DNA of 64,000 nucleotides from an uncultured Acidobacteriota bacterium (GCA_963770895.1 CAVYRF010000001.1:1600001-1664000), one strand, 5' to 3'. Counted from the stretch's first letter, positions 30,801 to 40,953 are shown. Notes: a model not told the origin generated them from the sequence alone. Program-made: numbers and translations.

Positions 30801-31738
30801 TAGCCGATGCTCGCGACGGGCAGGCCGGACAGCGCCAGCGCCCGCTCGACGACCTCCGCCTGGCCGTCGACGCTGGGCGCCGCATATCCCACCTTGGACG
30901 CGCCGTCGTTGTTGGCCGCCGAACCGCGGATGACGGCATGCAGGAAGTCGCCGTCGGCCAGCGCGTCGGCCAGCCGCTTGAGCACCACCAGGCCGACGCC
31001 GCTGCCTCCCACCGTGCCGTCCGCGCCGGCGTCGAAGGCCCGCGTCCGCCCGTCGGCGGAGCCGGTGCCGCCGGCGTAGGCGAGGTACCCGGTCTGCTGG
31101 TCCACCCGCACCGACACGCCGCCGGCCAGCGCCAGGTCGCACTCGCCGGCGAGCAGGCTCTGGCAGGCAAGGTGGACGGCCAGCAGCGAGGTCGAGCAGG
31201 CGCTCTGCACGTTGACGCACGGTCCGCGCAGGTCGAGCTTGTAAGCGATGCGTGTCGCCAGGTGATCGCGGTCGTTGCCGAGCGACACCGTGGCCTCGCC
31301 CAGCGCCGCCACCGCGGCGGGATCGGACCAGACGTTGAGGATGTACCAGTTGGAGCTGGCGCCGGCGAACACTCCCACCGCGGCGGGGAGCGCGCCGGGG
31401 GCCTGGCCCGCATCTTCCAGGGCTTCCCAGGCGCATTCCAGCAGCAGCCGCTGCTGCGGGTCCATCGCCGCGGCCTCGCGCGCGGTGATGCCGAAAAACG
31501 CCGCGTCGAACGCGTCCGCGTCTTGCAATACGGCGCGCGCCGGAACGTAGCGGGGGTTTTCGATCAGATCGGACGGCACTCCCGCGGCGCGCAGCTCAGC
31601 GGCGGAGAAAAATGTGACGCAATTGACGCCGCGCGTCAGGTTTTGCCAAAACCGCGCCAGGTCCGGCGCCTTTGGAAAGCGGCCCGCCATGCCGGTGATG
31701 GCGATTGCCGCCTCGCGTGAGTAGTCCTCTGCCGACAA
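27842..31738 (-). CDS. Type I PKS module KS-AT-ACP-TE (no KR/DH/ER)
   Basis: TTG start with GGAGG 5 nt upstream. KS: IAITGMAGRFP, DPQQR, VQSACSTS, HGTGT, NIGHL. AT: GHSLGE and RAYHS (malonyl-like). ACP: LGGDSL. TE: GASFGG...GGH. Confidence 0.93.
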   Translation of the reverse strand: MSAEDYSREAAIAITGMAGRFPKAPDLARFWQNLTRGVNCVTFFSAAELRAAGVPSDLIENPRYVPARAVLQDADAFDAAFFGITAREAAAMDPQQRLLLECAWEALEDAGQAPGALPAAVGVFAGASSNWYILNVWSDPAAVAALGEATVSLGNDRDHLATRIAYKLDLRGPCVNVQSACSTSLLAVHLACQSLLAGECDLALAGGVSVRVDQQTGYLAYAGGTGSADGRTRAFDAGADGTVGGSGVGLVVLKRLADALADGDFLHAVIRGSAANNDGASKVGYAAPSVDGQAEVVERALALSGLPVASIGYVEAHGTGTALGDPIEVRALTQAYRRSTDAVGFCALGSVKTNIGHLDSAAGIAGLIKAVLMVREGQLVPSLHYERPNPHIDFAASPFYVNTELRGWRSAAAPRRAGVSSFGLGGTNVHLLLEEAPRPPARRPLSPPHLLTLSAKTPSALGRGARRLAAHLGERPDGDLGDLAFTLQTGRRELPCRLTVVAASAEEAAGELAAAAPLTATAATGAMAATATAAPPRAGERPSLCFLFPGLGCQRPGMAAELYDAEPPFRAALDDCCSILQPLLGLDLRRLLLARQEVPPERIYEGWLGQPAVFAVEWALARTFMAWGLTPQAMLGHSLGEYTAACLAGVLSLPDALLLVAERARLMDQTPAGSMLSIQAGEAAVRPLLPRQTWVAILNTADHCVVAGSDADAMAELEGRLAERGIGARRVKVARAYHSPAMDAILAPFATVVARVRLQPPRIPYVSNVSGTWITTHEACDPGYWVRHLRETVRFADGLARLLELPDPLLLEAGPAQVVSPFARHAAAAAGRASAIVVAALPAAGEELPRRAHLLQAVGRLWEAGAGVRWQALHAGTEPRRVPAPTYAWDHCRYWAAQADTPAAGPHARPAPAAAGGGADGTESGDGGTAVQSDVAALWRAMLGVRAVRPSDSFLALGGDSLLALQLTARLNQTYGLDLSLHAVLEARTLSGLAAVVDAHLGPRAAGAGGAASGRDGLVVEIEPGDRHAPLFLPHAVGGSVFRYAPLAQGLRDGHAIFGLQPAGFDGRSALLTTVEAMAERFVRAIRSVQPRGPYLLAGASFGGTLAWEIAAQLAAANAQVALLALIDTPGADLPLAPVTSSADVLIELFGQQIALDRATLAALATDEQIEHVTRLLALAGKPLAETDLAGMRLRIDIWRSNYTAMLRYEPRPWPGRAIYFRAREQPAGSFPERYWIERAAGGLETQIVAGGHQTMMSPPHVADLAARLRDAVRAARLLHGVVAAPAADELAWEGARR

Positions 31739-31995
31739 GCGAACCTCCGACGACTTGAGCTGCGGCGAGCATGGCTCGAGCTCCGACCTGACTTACGATG
31801 ATTTATTTATCCTTAATAGAAATCTGGCGCCCACTCCCACCTTGCGTTGATACCCATACTCTCTGTCCGCATTGCGGCCGCGGCGGGCGGCTCTGCGGAT
31901 CACAAACACTGGTGTGCACGGAGGTGGGGCGACCGTGACAGCGAGGATCGATACGGATGAAATCGTTATTCTGCCGGCGTTATATCGGTTTCATG

Positions 31996-32024
31996 TTGAC
32001 AGGTGCGCGGACTGTTCCGATAAT
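31996..32024 (+). promoter_or_regulatory. sigma70-type promoter of the ABC transporter
   Basis: TTGACA-N17-GATAAT, about 30 nt upstream of ATG 32054. Confidence 0.7.
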
Positions 32025-32053
32025 CGCCGATCGTGGCCAATAGGTGATCCATC

Positions 32054-33877
32054 ATGAATCTGCTTCCCGCGCGCGAATTCCAGTGGCTGGTGCGTCAGGT
32101 CAGGCCCTTCGTCTGGGCGCACGTCGCCAGCCTGCTGTTCATCTTGCTATCGAGCCTGATGAATCTGCTCGACCCGCTGATCGTCAAGTGGTTGATCGAC
32201 GACGTCGTGCCCGGCAGGCGCTGGCGGCTGCTGCCGGTGGCGGCCGCCAGCTTCTTCGCCGCCTACGTGGCGCGCCTGGTCTGCCAGTGGCTGGGCCGCT
32301 ACGTCACCTTCGGCGCGGTGCAGAAGATGGTGTTCAAGATCCGCATCGAGGTGCTGCGCCACCTGCAGCGGTTGAGCGCCGAGTACCACGAGCGGACGCC
32401 GGTCGGAGAGACGCAGTTTCGCCTGCAGCAGGACGTCGATCAGGTGGGCGACCTGGGCGGCGACATTCTCCCCGGCTCCTTGACGATGATCTTGGTGACG
32501 CTGTCGGTCTTGGGCGCCATGGCCGTCCTCGACTGGCGCCTGGCGTGCATGATCCTGCCGCTCGTTCCCGTCTTTCTGGTGCAGCGCTCCCGCTTCGGCG
32601 CACGGCTGCGGGCGAGCGCCGACGCCGTGCAGCAGCGCTCGGGAAACCTGAACAGTTCCCTGCAGGAATCGCTGTCGGCCGTCGTCGAGATCCAGCTGCT
32701 GGGCCGCGAGAAGCGCCAGACGCGGCAGTTCGCCCGGCTCTCCGGGCAGCTGGTGCGCGCCCAGCTCAAGCGCCGGCTGGCCGAGCTGCGCTTCGCGCTC
32801 GGCTCGATGCTGGTCTTCGCCGCCGGCACCGCTCTGATCCTGGCGTTTGGCGGCTACCAGGTGATGCGGGGCAGCTTGACGGTCGGCGGCCTGGTGGCGT
32901 TCTATGGCTACCTCGGCCGGCTCTTCGAGCCGCTCAGCGGTGCGGTCGAAATGTACTCCCGCTTCCAGCGCGTCGGCGCCAGCATCCGCCGCCTGCTCGG
33001 CGTGCTCGACTACGAATCGCGGGTTCGCTCCGCGCCCGGCGCCGCGCCGCTGCCGGAGGCGGCTCCAGCCTGGATCGAGATGCGCGACGTGGCCTTCGCA
33101 TACGAGGCGGACCGCGACGTGCTGCGCGATCTCCACCTCAAGGTGGAAGCGGGCGAAAAGGTGGCGCTGGTGGGGGCCAGCGGCTCCGGCAAAAGCTCCG
33201 TCGCCAAGCTGGTGGCGCGCCTCTACGACCCCAGCCACGGCACGGTGTCGGTCAACGGCGCGGATCTGCGCGGCGTCGATCTCGGCAGCCTGCGCGCCCA
33301 GATCTCCTTCGTGCCGCAGGATTCGATCGTCTTCGCTGCCAGCCTGCGTGACAACCTGTTGTGGGGCAATCCGCGCGCCAGCCAGGCGGACCTGGATGCC
33401 GCGGCCGCGGTGGCCCAGCTCCGCGCTGTGATCGAAAAGCAGCCCGGCGGTTGGGACCAGCCGCTGGGCCCCTTCGGCGGCGGCCTGTCGCGCGGTGAGC
33501 GCCAGCGCCTGGCCCTGGCGCGGGCGCTGGTCCAGGATCGCCCGATCCTGATCCTCGACGAAGCGACCTCCGCCCTCGACGCCGCCACCGAAGACGCCAT
33601 CCTCCAGGCCCTGCACACCCGCTGCCGGGACAAGACGGTCCTCCTCATCACCCACCGCCCCGCCGGCGCGCGCTGGGCCGACCGCATCTTCGTCCTCGCC
33701 GCCGGCCGCCTGGTCGAAAAAGGCGCCTACGCCCAGCTCCACCAGGCCGGCACCGAGTACTACCGCCTATGCCAGGAAGGCCAGGTCGGTCACAAGAACC
33801 CGCCGACCGCCCCGACCGCAACCGTCAGGCCGACCGCCGCGGTGCGCCTGTCGCCCGCGGCCAGCAGGTCCGCGTAG
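32054..33877 (+). CDS. ABC exporter, fused TMD-NBD (probable exporter of the cluster product)
   Basis: Six-TM-type N-terminus, Walker A GASGSGKS, Q-loop VPQD, signature LSRGERQR, Walker B ILILDEATSALD, H-loop ITHR. Divergent from the PKS/NRPS operon. Confidence 0.92.
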   Translation: MNLLPAREFQWLVRQVRPFVWAHVASLLFILLSSLMNLLDPLIVKWLIDDVVPGRRWRLLPVAAASFFAAYVARLVCQWLGRYVTFGAVQKMVFKIRIEVLRHLQRLSAEYHERTPVGETQFRLQQDVDQVGDLGGDILPGSLTMILVTLSVLGAMAVLDWRLACMILPLVPVFLVQRSRFGARLRASADAVQQRSGNLNSSLQESLSAVVEIQLLGREKRQTRQFARLSGQLVRAQLKRRLAELRFALGSMLVFAAGTALILAFGGYQVMRGSLTVGGLVAFYGYLGRLFEPLSGAVEMYSRFQRVGASIRRLLGVLDYESRVRSAPGAAPLPEAAPAWIEMRDVAFAYEADRDVLRDLHLKVEAGEKVALVGASGSGKSSVAKLVARLYDPSHGTVSVNGADLRGVDLGSLRAQISFVPQDSIVFAASLRDNLLWGNPRASQADLDAAAAVAQLRAVIEKQPGGWDQPLGPFGGGLSRGERQRLALARALVQDRPILILDEATSALDAATEDAILQALHTRCRDKTVLLITHRPAGARWADRIFVLAAGRLVEKGAYAQLHQAGTEYYRLCQEGQVGHKNPPTAPTATVRPTAAVRLSPAASRSA

Positions 33878-33880
33878 CCC

Positions 33881-33908
33881 TTGCTTTTGGCGTCGTCCGG
33901 GTTAAAGT
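33881..33908 (+). promoter_or_regulatory. Putative sigma70 promoter for riboswitch-ahcY
   Basis: TTGCTT-N16-TAAAGT immediately upstream of the riboswitch. Confidence 0.45.
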
Positions 33909-33914
33909 ATCTCC

Positions 33915-33995
33915 AGTCCGAGGAGCGATGCAGGAGGCTGCCGCCTCCCAGGCTCGGACGCCGGCCATGACCGGAGCACAGGAACGGCGCTCACC
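33915..33995 (+). ncRNA. SAH riboswitch
   Basis: GTCCGAG/CTCGGAC P1 stem, GAGGAGCGnTGC, inner hairpin GGAGGC/GCCTCC, CAGGCTCGG and a downstream AACGGCGCTCA pseudoknot strand. Sits in the ahcY leader, the canonical context. Confidence 0.88.
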
Positions 33996-34066
33996 TCAAC
34001 CCTTTCCGGGGCCGATGGTGAGAGAGATCCCTCCCAGTTGCCCCGGGTTCCTCTGAGGAGGTCTTC

Positions 34067-35506
<1,440 letters not shown>

Positions 35507-35529
35507 ACTCCAGGCCCTAAGCTCCAAGC

Positions 35530-35563
35530 CATCCGGGGGACCGCTCCGCCGGTCCCCCGGATG
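35530..35563. terminator. Perfect 14-bp hairpin between convergent genes
   Basis: CATCCGGGGGACCG-ctccgc-CGGTCCCCCGGATG. There is no U-tract. Confidence 0.55.
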
Positions 35564-35609
35564 CGGCCAGGCCAGGCGCAGCTGTGGCTGGTGTGGGGAC
35601 GGCCCGCGC

Positions 35610-37142
35610 TCAGCGGTTGCGGCTTGCGGCCGGCAGCTTGCCGTGGGCCGGCAGCCGGTAGAGCCCGTAGCTCGCGTTGCTGGCCATCAGCAGGTCGGGA
35701 CCCGGCAGCAGAGCGGCGGGCGGCGCGGGCGGGCGGCGCCAGGCGAGCTTGCCGACCAGCAGGCAGTCCTCGCGCGAGGCTGCGCCGGTTGCCGCACCGG
35801 CCGGCCCCGGCTCTTTGACTTCGAAGCCGTCCATCACCTCGAGGATGAAGCGCTCGCTGTAGGCCAGCTGAAAGGTCGAGCGGACCTCCCGGCAGCCGCC
35901 GGCGGCCGCCGGCTCCAGGGCGCTCAGGAAGCGCTGATCGCCCGGCATCCGGTCGCTGGTCAGCACGCGCGCCAGGAAGCGCGCCTCGCAGAGCGCCAGC
36001 GGCACCACCACCAGGCCGACCATCGTCGCGGCGCGCCAGCCGGTCGGAGCGCTGTCCGCCAGGAACAGAGCGCTGCCGGCACCGAGCACGGCGAGCGCCG
36101 GATAGATGGGGTCGAGGTACCAGTGGTGCTGCGTGCGGACGAACGAAACGATGAGCAGCGGCACCGCCACCCAGAGGACGAGCAGCGCCACCACCCGGCC
36201 GCGGCGCAGCCGCGCGCCCAGCTTGCCGCGCAGGCTCAGGACGGCGGCGGCGGCGATGACCAGCGGCCAGGGCGCGGCGCGGTCGAAGAGCGCCTCCACG
36301 TAGCTGAGCGGCGACGAGGTGCTCTTGTCGACGATCGTCGTCGAGCGATCGACCACGTCCTCGCGCACCATCCGCAGGAGAAAGTCCGCCGAGCCGTCGG
36401 CGTGCCAGCGCGCCCACACCCAGCCGCCGACGATCGCCGCGAAGAGCGCCGCGGCGGCCAGGCAGGGGAGCAGCCGCTGGCGCCTCCACGAGCCGCTCCA
36501 CACGATGTCGCCGCACGCGACCAGCGCGATCGGCAGGATCGCGAAGCTCTTGAGCAGGAAGCCGCAGGCCAGCAGCAGCGCGATCGGCACCACGCGCCAG
36601 GACGCCGTGCCCAGCTCCGGCAGCTGCACCGCCACCAGCGTCAGGATCAGCGTCAGACAGGCGTCGAAGTCGCCGCTGCGCGCCCCATGGTGACTGAGCC
36701 AGCCGTAGGACGTCGACACGATCAAGCCCGCCACGATCGCCACGCGCAGGCTGAACCATCGCCGCGCCCAGTACAAGGTCGTCCCCGTCACCGCCAGCGC
36801 GCACAGCGCCGAGGGCAGGCGCAGCGCCAGGGCCGAGCCGCCGAACAGAGCGAAGGACATGGCCATCAGCCAGTAGCCGAGCGGCGGCTTGAGGGCCCAC
36901 AGCTCTTTGTTCCCCGCATAGGTGGTGACGACATACGAGTGGTGCTGCTGCATCTCGTAGGCGGTCACGCCGTAGCGGGCCTCTTCGAAATCGTTGATCT
37001 TGGCGTTGCCCAGCGCCAGGAAGAGATTGCAGGCGGCAAGCGCCAACACCAGCCCGACGCACAGCCGAGGCCGCCGAGCCAGGAATGACGCGGTTGGCTC
37101 GATCGGCACGGCGCCCACGTCGCTGCTTGCCTCGCTGGTCAC
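35610..37142 (-). CDS. ArnT/PMT-like polytopic membrane glycosyltransferase (GT-C)
   Basis: DFEEARY after TM1, KPPLGYWL, ALRLPSAL, ARSGDFD and GFLLKS, with many TM helices. Confidence 0.82.
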   Translation of the reverse strand: MTSEASSDVGAVPIEPTASFLARRPRLCVGLVLALAACNLFLALGNAKINDFEEARYGVTAYEMQQHHSYVVTTYAGNKELWALKPPLGYWLMAMSFALFGGSALALRLPSALCALAVTGTTLYWARRWFSLRVAIVAGLIVSTSYGWLSHHGARSGDFDACLTLILTLVAVQLPELGTASWRVVPIALLLACGFLLKSFAILPIALVACGDIVWSGSWRRQRLLPCLAAAALFAAIVGGWVWARWHADGSADFLLRMVREDVVDRSTTIVDKSTSSPLSYVEALFDRAAPWPLVIAAAAVLSLRGKLGARLRRGRVVALLVLWVAVPLLIVSFVRTQHHWYLDPIYPALAVLGAGSALFLADSAPTGWRAATMVGLVVVPLALCEARFLARVLTSDRMPGDQRFLSALEPAAAGGCREVRSTFQLAYSERFILEVMDGFEVKEPGPAGAATGAASREDCLLVGKLAWRRPPAPPAALLPGPDLLMASNASYGLYRLPAHGKLPAASRNR

Positions 37143-37329
37143 GAGGTCGAGCGTACCGTCGCGCTACGGCAGTCCACCTGCACGTCGTCGACTCGGAGCA
37201 AGAGCTGCGCCAGCCCTGTGCGCGCGAGGCCGGTAGAGCCACCGTATGGCGCCCGGTCGTCGCCTCGCACGGACGACTCCGTCCTCGTTGGAGACCGCCG
37301 GTCGCAAGCGCCTGCCGGGCGAGCCGGGT

Positions 37330-40254
37330 TCAGGTGCGCGTCGAAGGCGGCGTCGCGCGCCGCCACGCGCGGCGATGGTGGGCGGCGGCCAGGAGGCCGA
37401 GAAGCAAGGCCGCGGCCAGCGCCGCGGTGAGCGCGAGCGGCCGGGCTTGCAGCGCGAGCCAGCCGCGCCCGCCGGGAAGCGGCACGAAGTCGCCGTCGCC
37501 GAGCACCACGACCCCGGACCAGGCGCCGGCGGGAGCGCCGGCCGCGATGCGGTCCCGCTGTGCCGCGGCGAGCGCCGCGCTCAGGCTGGCCCCCTCCGCG
37601 AGGTGGTGGTAGAAGCCGTCGAACAGCGCCGCGGCCTGGTCGTCCCACTGCGACCAGAGGGTGCCCAGCACGGCCTTGGCGCCGGCCTGAAAGAAAGCGC
37701 GCGCGAGGCTCAGCACTCCCTCTCCGTGCAGCAGCTTGCCGCGGGCGGTGGCGCAGGCCGACAGCACGACGACGGGGCTGTCGAGGCGCAGACCGACGAT
37801 GTCGTTCAGCCTCAGCAGGCCGTCCTGCTTCGATCTGTCGGCGCCGGGCGAAAGCCAGATGCCCGAGCTCGCCGGCTCCTGCTCGTCGATCCAGGTGTGG
37901 GTGGCGAAGTGCAGCAGGCCGAACGAGGCGAGCCGCGGGTGCGCCTGCAGCACGACGTCTTCCGAGACCGCCGCCCCCACCCGCTTCTCGCCGCCCAACC
38001 AGCGCGCCACGGAGTCGGCTTCCCGCGCCGCATAGGGGAGCGAGGCGAGCAGCGTCGCGGCGGCCTCGCCCAGGCTCTTCTGCGCCGTGTCGTCGGGCGC
38101 CGCTGGAGCGGCCAGGACCAGGGCTGGGCGATCGGCGGGCGCCGGGAGCTGGCCGCGCCAGCGGCGCCACAGGGTGGCGGAGGGAGCCTCGCTGAAGCGA
38201 TATCGCAAAGCGAGCGGCGCCTCGCCGGCCGACCGGCGCAGCGCCGCGAGCGGGACGCGGTACAGCTCGTCGTCGGGGATCACGATCAGGTGCTCGATCC
38301 ACGGCGGCAGATCGGCGAGCGCGCTTGCCAGGGTCCGGCGGTAGATCTCGGCGGCGGCCTCCGCCTCGCCGCGGTCGGTGGGGGCTGCCGCGGCGGCGTC
38401 TTGGCGGTCCGCCCGCCCGCGGTTGGTCGCCGCCGCCCCCTCGACCGGCGCCAGGAGCTCGACGAATCGGCGTACCGCCTGGCGCAGCGCGCCGCGGTCC
38501 GCATCCTTCAGGGCATAGGCGATGGGCGGCGCGTCGCGGGTCGCCACCAGCAGCCAGGAGCCGCCGCCGAAGTCGCCCCGCCAGTCCTTCCAGGGGGCGA
38601 TCTGAAACGCCAGCAGCGCCTCGTTTCTGGCGAGGCTGCTCCGCACCTGGCGCAAGGTCGCGAACTGCCCGGCGCCGCCCGGCGGCGGGGCGGCGGCGGG
38701 TGGGTTCGCGCGCTGGGCGGCGAGCTCGCGCCCGGCGCGCTCGATCGCGGCGGCGTCCTGGAGCGCGTTGGCACGTTCGCCTTCTGGGACGGCGGGGTCG
38801 TGGAGGCGCGCCTGGATCCGCTGCCGGCTCTCGTCGATCTGGTCGGCCCGGTGCTGCCAATGCTCCGCCGAGAGGGGTGTCGCCCCGGCGCGCTGAAGGG
38901 TGTCGAGCAGACTCCGGGCGCGCAGGCGCTCGGTCACCAGAAAGGCTTGCTCGAGCCAGCGGTCATCGTGGGTTTTCGACCATGCCGTGAAGAAGGTTCC
39001 GGCGAGCCAGGTATAGTCGTCGGACCACACCGAGAAAAGGCCGGCCTGGCTCGACCGGTTCTGAGCGCTGCGCAGATCTTCGATGGTGCCGAGCCCCTTG
39101 ACCAGCTCGTCGGCGCCCGCGATGGACGCACCGGCCGCCCAGGCGACGCGCATCGCCGTTCCCTCGACCGGGGCGCGAGCCCACGGGGTGTCGCCTGCCA
39201 GCCTGACGGCTTTCTTCACCGCGTCCTTCGCCTGGTCCGGCGCGCGCTCGGCGAGCTGCCGCGCCTGGGCATCGAGGCAAATCCCCTGGTGCGGCGCGTC
39301 GGCAGCATCGCTCCGGCAGCGGCCGACCTGATCGCGACCCTCGGCGTCGCGCAGCAAGCCCGCCAGGGCATAGTGCGCATCGACGGCATTGCCTGGATCG
39401 CCAGCTTGCTCGGTTGCCAGCGCAGCCCGCAGCATCAAAGCGACCGCGGCGGAGCGCTGGGTGTCGTCATCCGGCTGCTCCACCAATTTCTCGATCGCCA
39501 TCCGCGCCAGCCCGTAGAGGGCGCCGGCCGCGGCTCTGCGGTCGTTGGTGTCGAGCGCGATGTGCTGGCATTCGTCGTACTGCTGCGCAGCGCGGTCGAA
39601 GAGGCCGAGCTCGGCGCTGATGTTGCCCTGCATGTTCAACAGGGTCTCGTGGAGGTCACGCGCTTTCCAACTGGTATCCCCTGGCGCGATCCACGTCGCG
39701 GCCTGCTCCAGGTGGCGGGCCGCGGCGTCGAGGTTCAGGCCGGCAGCGAACAACTCTTTCGCCGTTTCGATCTCGTCGTCAGCGTACAGCAGCCGATCGC
39801 TTGCCGCGGCCGCAACGGCATGTGCACGGCCGCGTTCGAACTGCGCTTCATCGACATGACGCCAGTTCAGGACATAGACCAGGTCGTCGCGTGCCTGGAC
39901 CTCGCCGCTGGCGTCCCGGTCGGCCGCGAACAAGGCGGCGGTCTTGCGAAAGGCGGATTCCCAATGCCGGTTGGACTTCGGATCGGCCCACAGGAGCAGT
40001 CGCCAGAGGTCGAGGTAGGCCCAGTGACAGCCGGGGAAGCGAACGTGCAGGGTGGCTAGCCGCCTGCTGGCCGACCGCCAATCGCCGCTCTTGCCCTGGG
40101 CGTAGAGGTCTTCGGCCGCCTGCTGGCAGCCGGGCCGCGTCACAGCTTGTGGGTCGGAGGCACCATTTACAGGTGCGGAGGCCGCGGCGGGGACCGGAGC
40201 AGCGCGCCACAGGGAACAGGCAATCGCAAGGGCTGTCGCTGCCCGGCGGCGCAC
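37330..40254 (-). CDS. TPR-like + CHAT (caspase-like) protease with signal peptide and C-terminal TM anchor
   Basis: Catalytic motifs LLHFATH and VVLSACAT, plus ERLRARSLLD, LIVIPDDELY and WSGVVVLGD. The N-terminus is hydrophobic and there is a C-terminal hydrophobic helix followed by basic residues. Confidence 0.88.
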   Translation of the reverse strand: MRRRAATALAIACSLWRAAPVPAAASAPVNGASDPQAVTRPGCQQAAEDLYAQGKSGDWRSASRRLATLHVRFPGCHWAYLDLWRLLLWADPKSNRHWESAFRKTAALFAADRDASGEVQARDDLVYVLNWRHVDEAQFERGRAHAVAAAASDRLLYADDEIETAKELFAAGLNLDAAARHLEQAATWIAPGDTSWKARDLHETLLNMQGNISAELGLFDRAAQQYDECQHIALDTNDRRAAAGALYGLARMAIEKLVEQPDDDTQRSAAVALMLRAALATEQAGDPGNAVDAHYALAGLLRDAEGRDQVGRCRSDAADAPHQGICLDAQARQLAERAPDQAKDAVKKAVRLAGDTPWARAPVEGTAMRVAWAAGASIAGADELVKGLGTIEDLRSAQNRSSQAGLFSVWSDDYTWLAGTFFTAWSKTHDDRWLEQAFLVTERLRARSLLDTLQRAGATPLSAEHWQHRADQIDESRQRIQARLHDPAVPEGERANALQDAAAIERAGRELAAQRANPPAAAPPPGGAGQFATLRQVRSSLARNEALLAFQIAPWKDWRGDFGGGSWLLVATRDAPPIAYALKDADRGALRQAVRRFVELLAPVEGAAATNRGRADRQDAAAAAPTDRGEAEAAAEIYRRTLASALADLPPWIEHLIVIPDDELYRVPLAALRRSAGEAPLALRYRFSEAPSATLWRRWRGQLPAPADRPALVLAAPAAPDDTAQKSLGEAAATLLASLPYAAREADSVARWLGGEKRVGAAVSEDVVLQAHPRLASFGLLHFATHTWIDEQEPASSGIWLSPGADRSKQDGLLRLNDIVGLRLDSPVVVLSACATARGKLLHGEGVLSLARAFFQAGAKAVLGTLWSQWDDQAAALFDGFYHHLAEGASLSAALAAAQRDRIAAGAPAGAWSGVVVLGDGDFVPLPGGRGWLALQARPLALTAALAAALLLGLLAAAHHRRAWRRATPPSTRT

Positions 40255-40315
40255 GCTAAGATTCTACATCAAATGGGTTACAACCTTCCATGGAACCGGC
40301 GGTCGGAGCAAGCGA

Positions 40316-40352
40316 CGCCGGCGGAAACCCCCTGGGAGGGGGGCCGCCGGCG
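40316..40352 (-). terminator. GC hairpin downstream of the 42-aa small ORF
   Basis: CGCCGGCGG...CCCCCT GGG AGGGGGG...CCGCCGGCG. Confidence 0.4.
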
Positions 40353-40394
40353 CCGCCGCAGCCGATCCTGTTGCCTGCCGCCGGACTCGCGGTG

Positions 40395-40523
40395 TCACTC
40401 CTCCAGTTGGCCCCCCGGCGGGCCGGTTTCGACCGGCGGCGTCGCACATTGGATGCCGACCTCGCCGCTGACTGTCATCTGGTACGTGTCCTGATCGTTC
40501 GAGGAATCATCTGTATTTGCCAT
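40395..40523 (-). CDS. Small acidic protein, 42 aa (MANTDDSSNDQDTYQMTVSGEVGIQCATPPVETGPPGGQLEE)
   Basis: Strong RBS AAAGGAG 7 nt before the ATG. Co-oriented within the ECF/CHAT locus. Confidence 0.6.
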   Translation of the reverse strand: MANTDDSSNDQDTYQMTVSGEVGIQCATPPVETGPPGGQLEE

Positions 40524-40546
40524 GAAGGATCTCCTTTCTTTCTCGC

Positions 40547-40771
40547 TCAGGATTCCAGGCTCTGCTGGGGCGCAACGGTCTTGCACTCGGCCGCGGCCGG
40601 CGGGATCCGGCGCTTTGGGCGGGTGATCTTCACTCCGAAGTTCCAGAACAGGCTGAGGCTGAAGCCCCTTCTGCGTGCGGGGACTGGCTGCGCCCGGACC
40701 GCTCGCGCGGGAGGCTGGGGGGGATCGAGCTCGGCGATATCGACCCGGCTGAATCGGTCCTCGTGCGGCAT
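40547..40771 (-). CDS. Small basic Pro/Arg-rich protein, 74 aa (MPHEDRFSRVDIAELDPP...)
   Basis: RBS AAAAGGAG 8 nt before ATG 40771. Its stop lies just before the RBS of the next small ORF. Confidence 0.5.
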   Translation of the reverse strand: MPHEDRFSRVDIAELDPPQPPARAVRAQPVPARRRGFSLSLFWNFGVKITRPKRRIPPAAAECKTVAPQQSLES

Positions 40772-40953
40772 GGTCTCTCTCCTTTTCACGGTTCACCTCT
40801 CAGTGATGGTCTCCGCGGTGTCGGCCGGCGGCCGGCCTTGTCTCCGGCGGGCCACGCTCCCTCGATCTGTCCGCTTCCTACTAGACGAAGCGCAAGGCGC
40901 GATCCCCTCAGGCCCGCGCGTGACGGCGAGGCGCCCAGAGGACGGCAAGGGAT

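Noticed and set aside
31795-31825. Possible Fur box in the AT-rich tract upstream of the PKS
   Set aside because: My best alignment matches only about 9 of 19 consensus positions, which is not enough to claim iron regulation.
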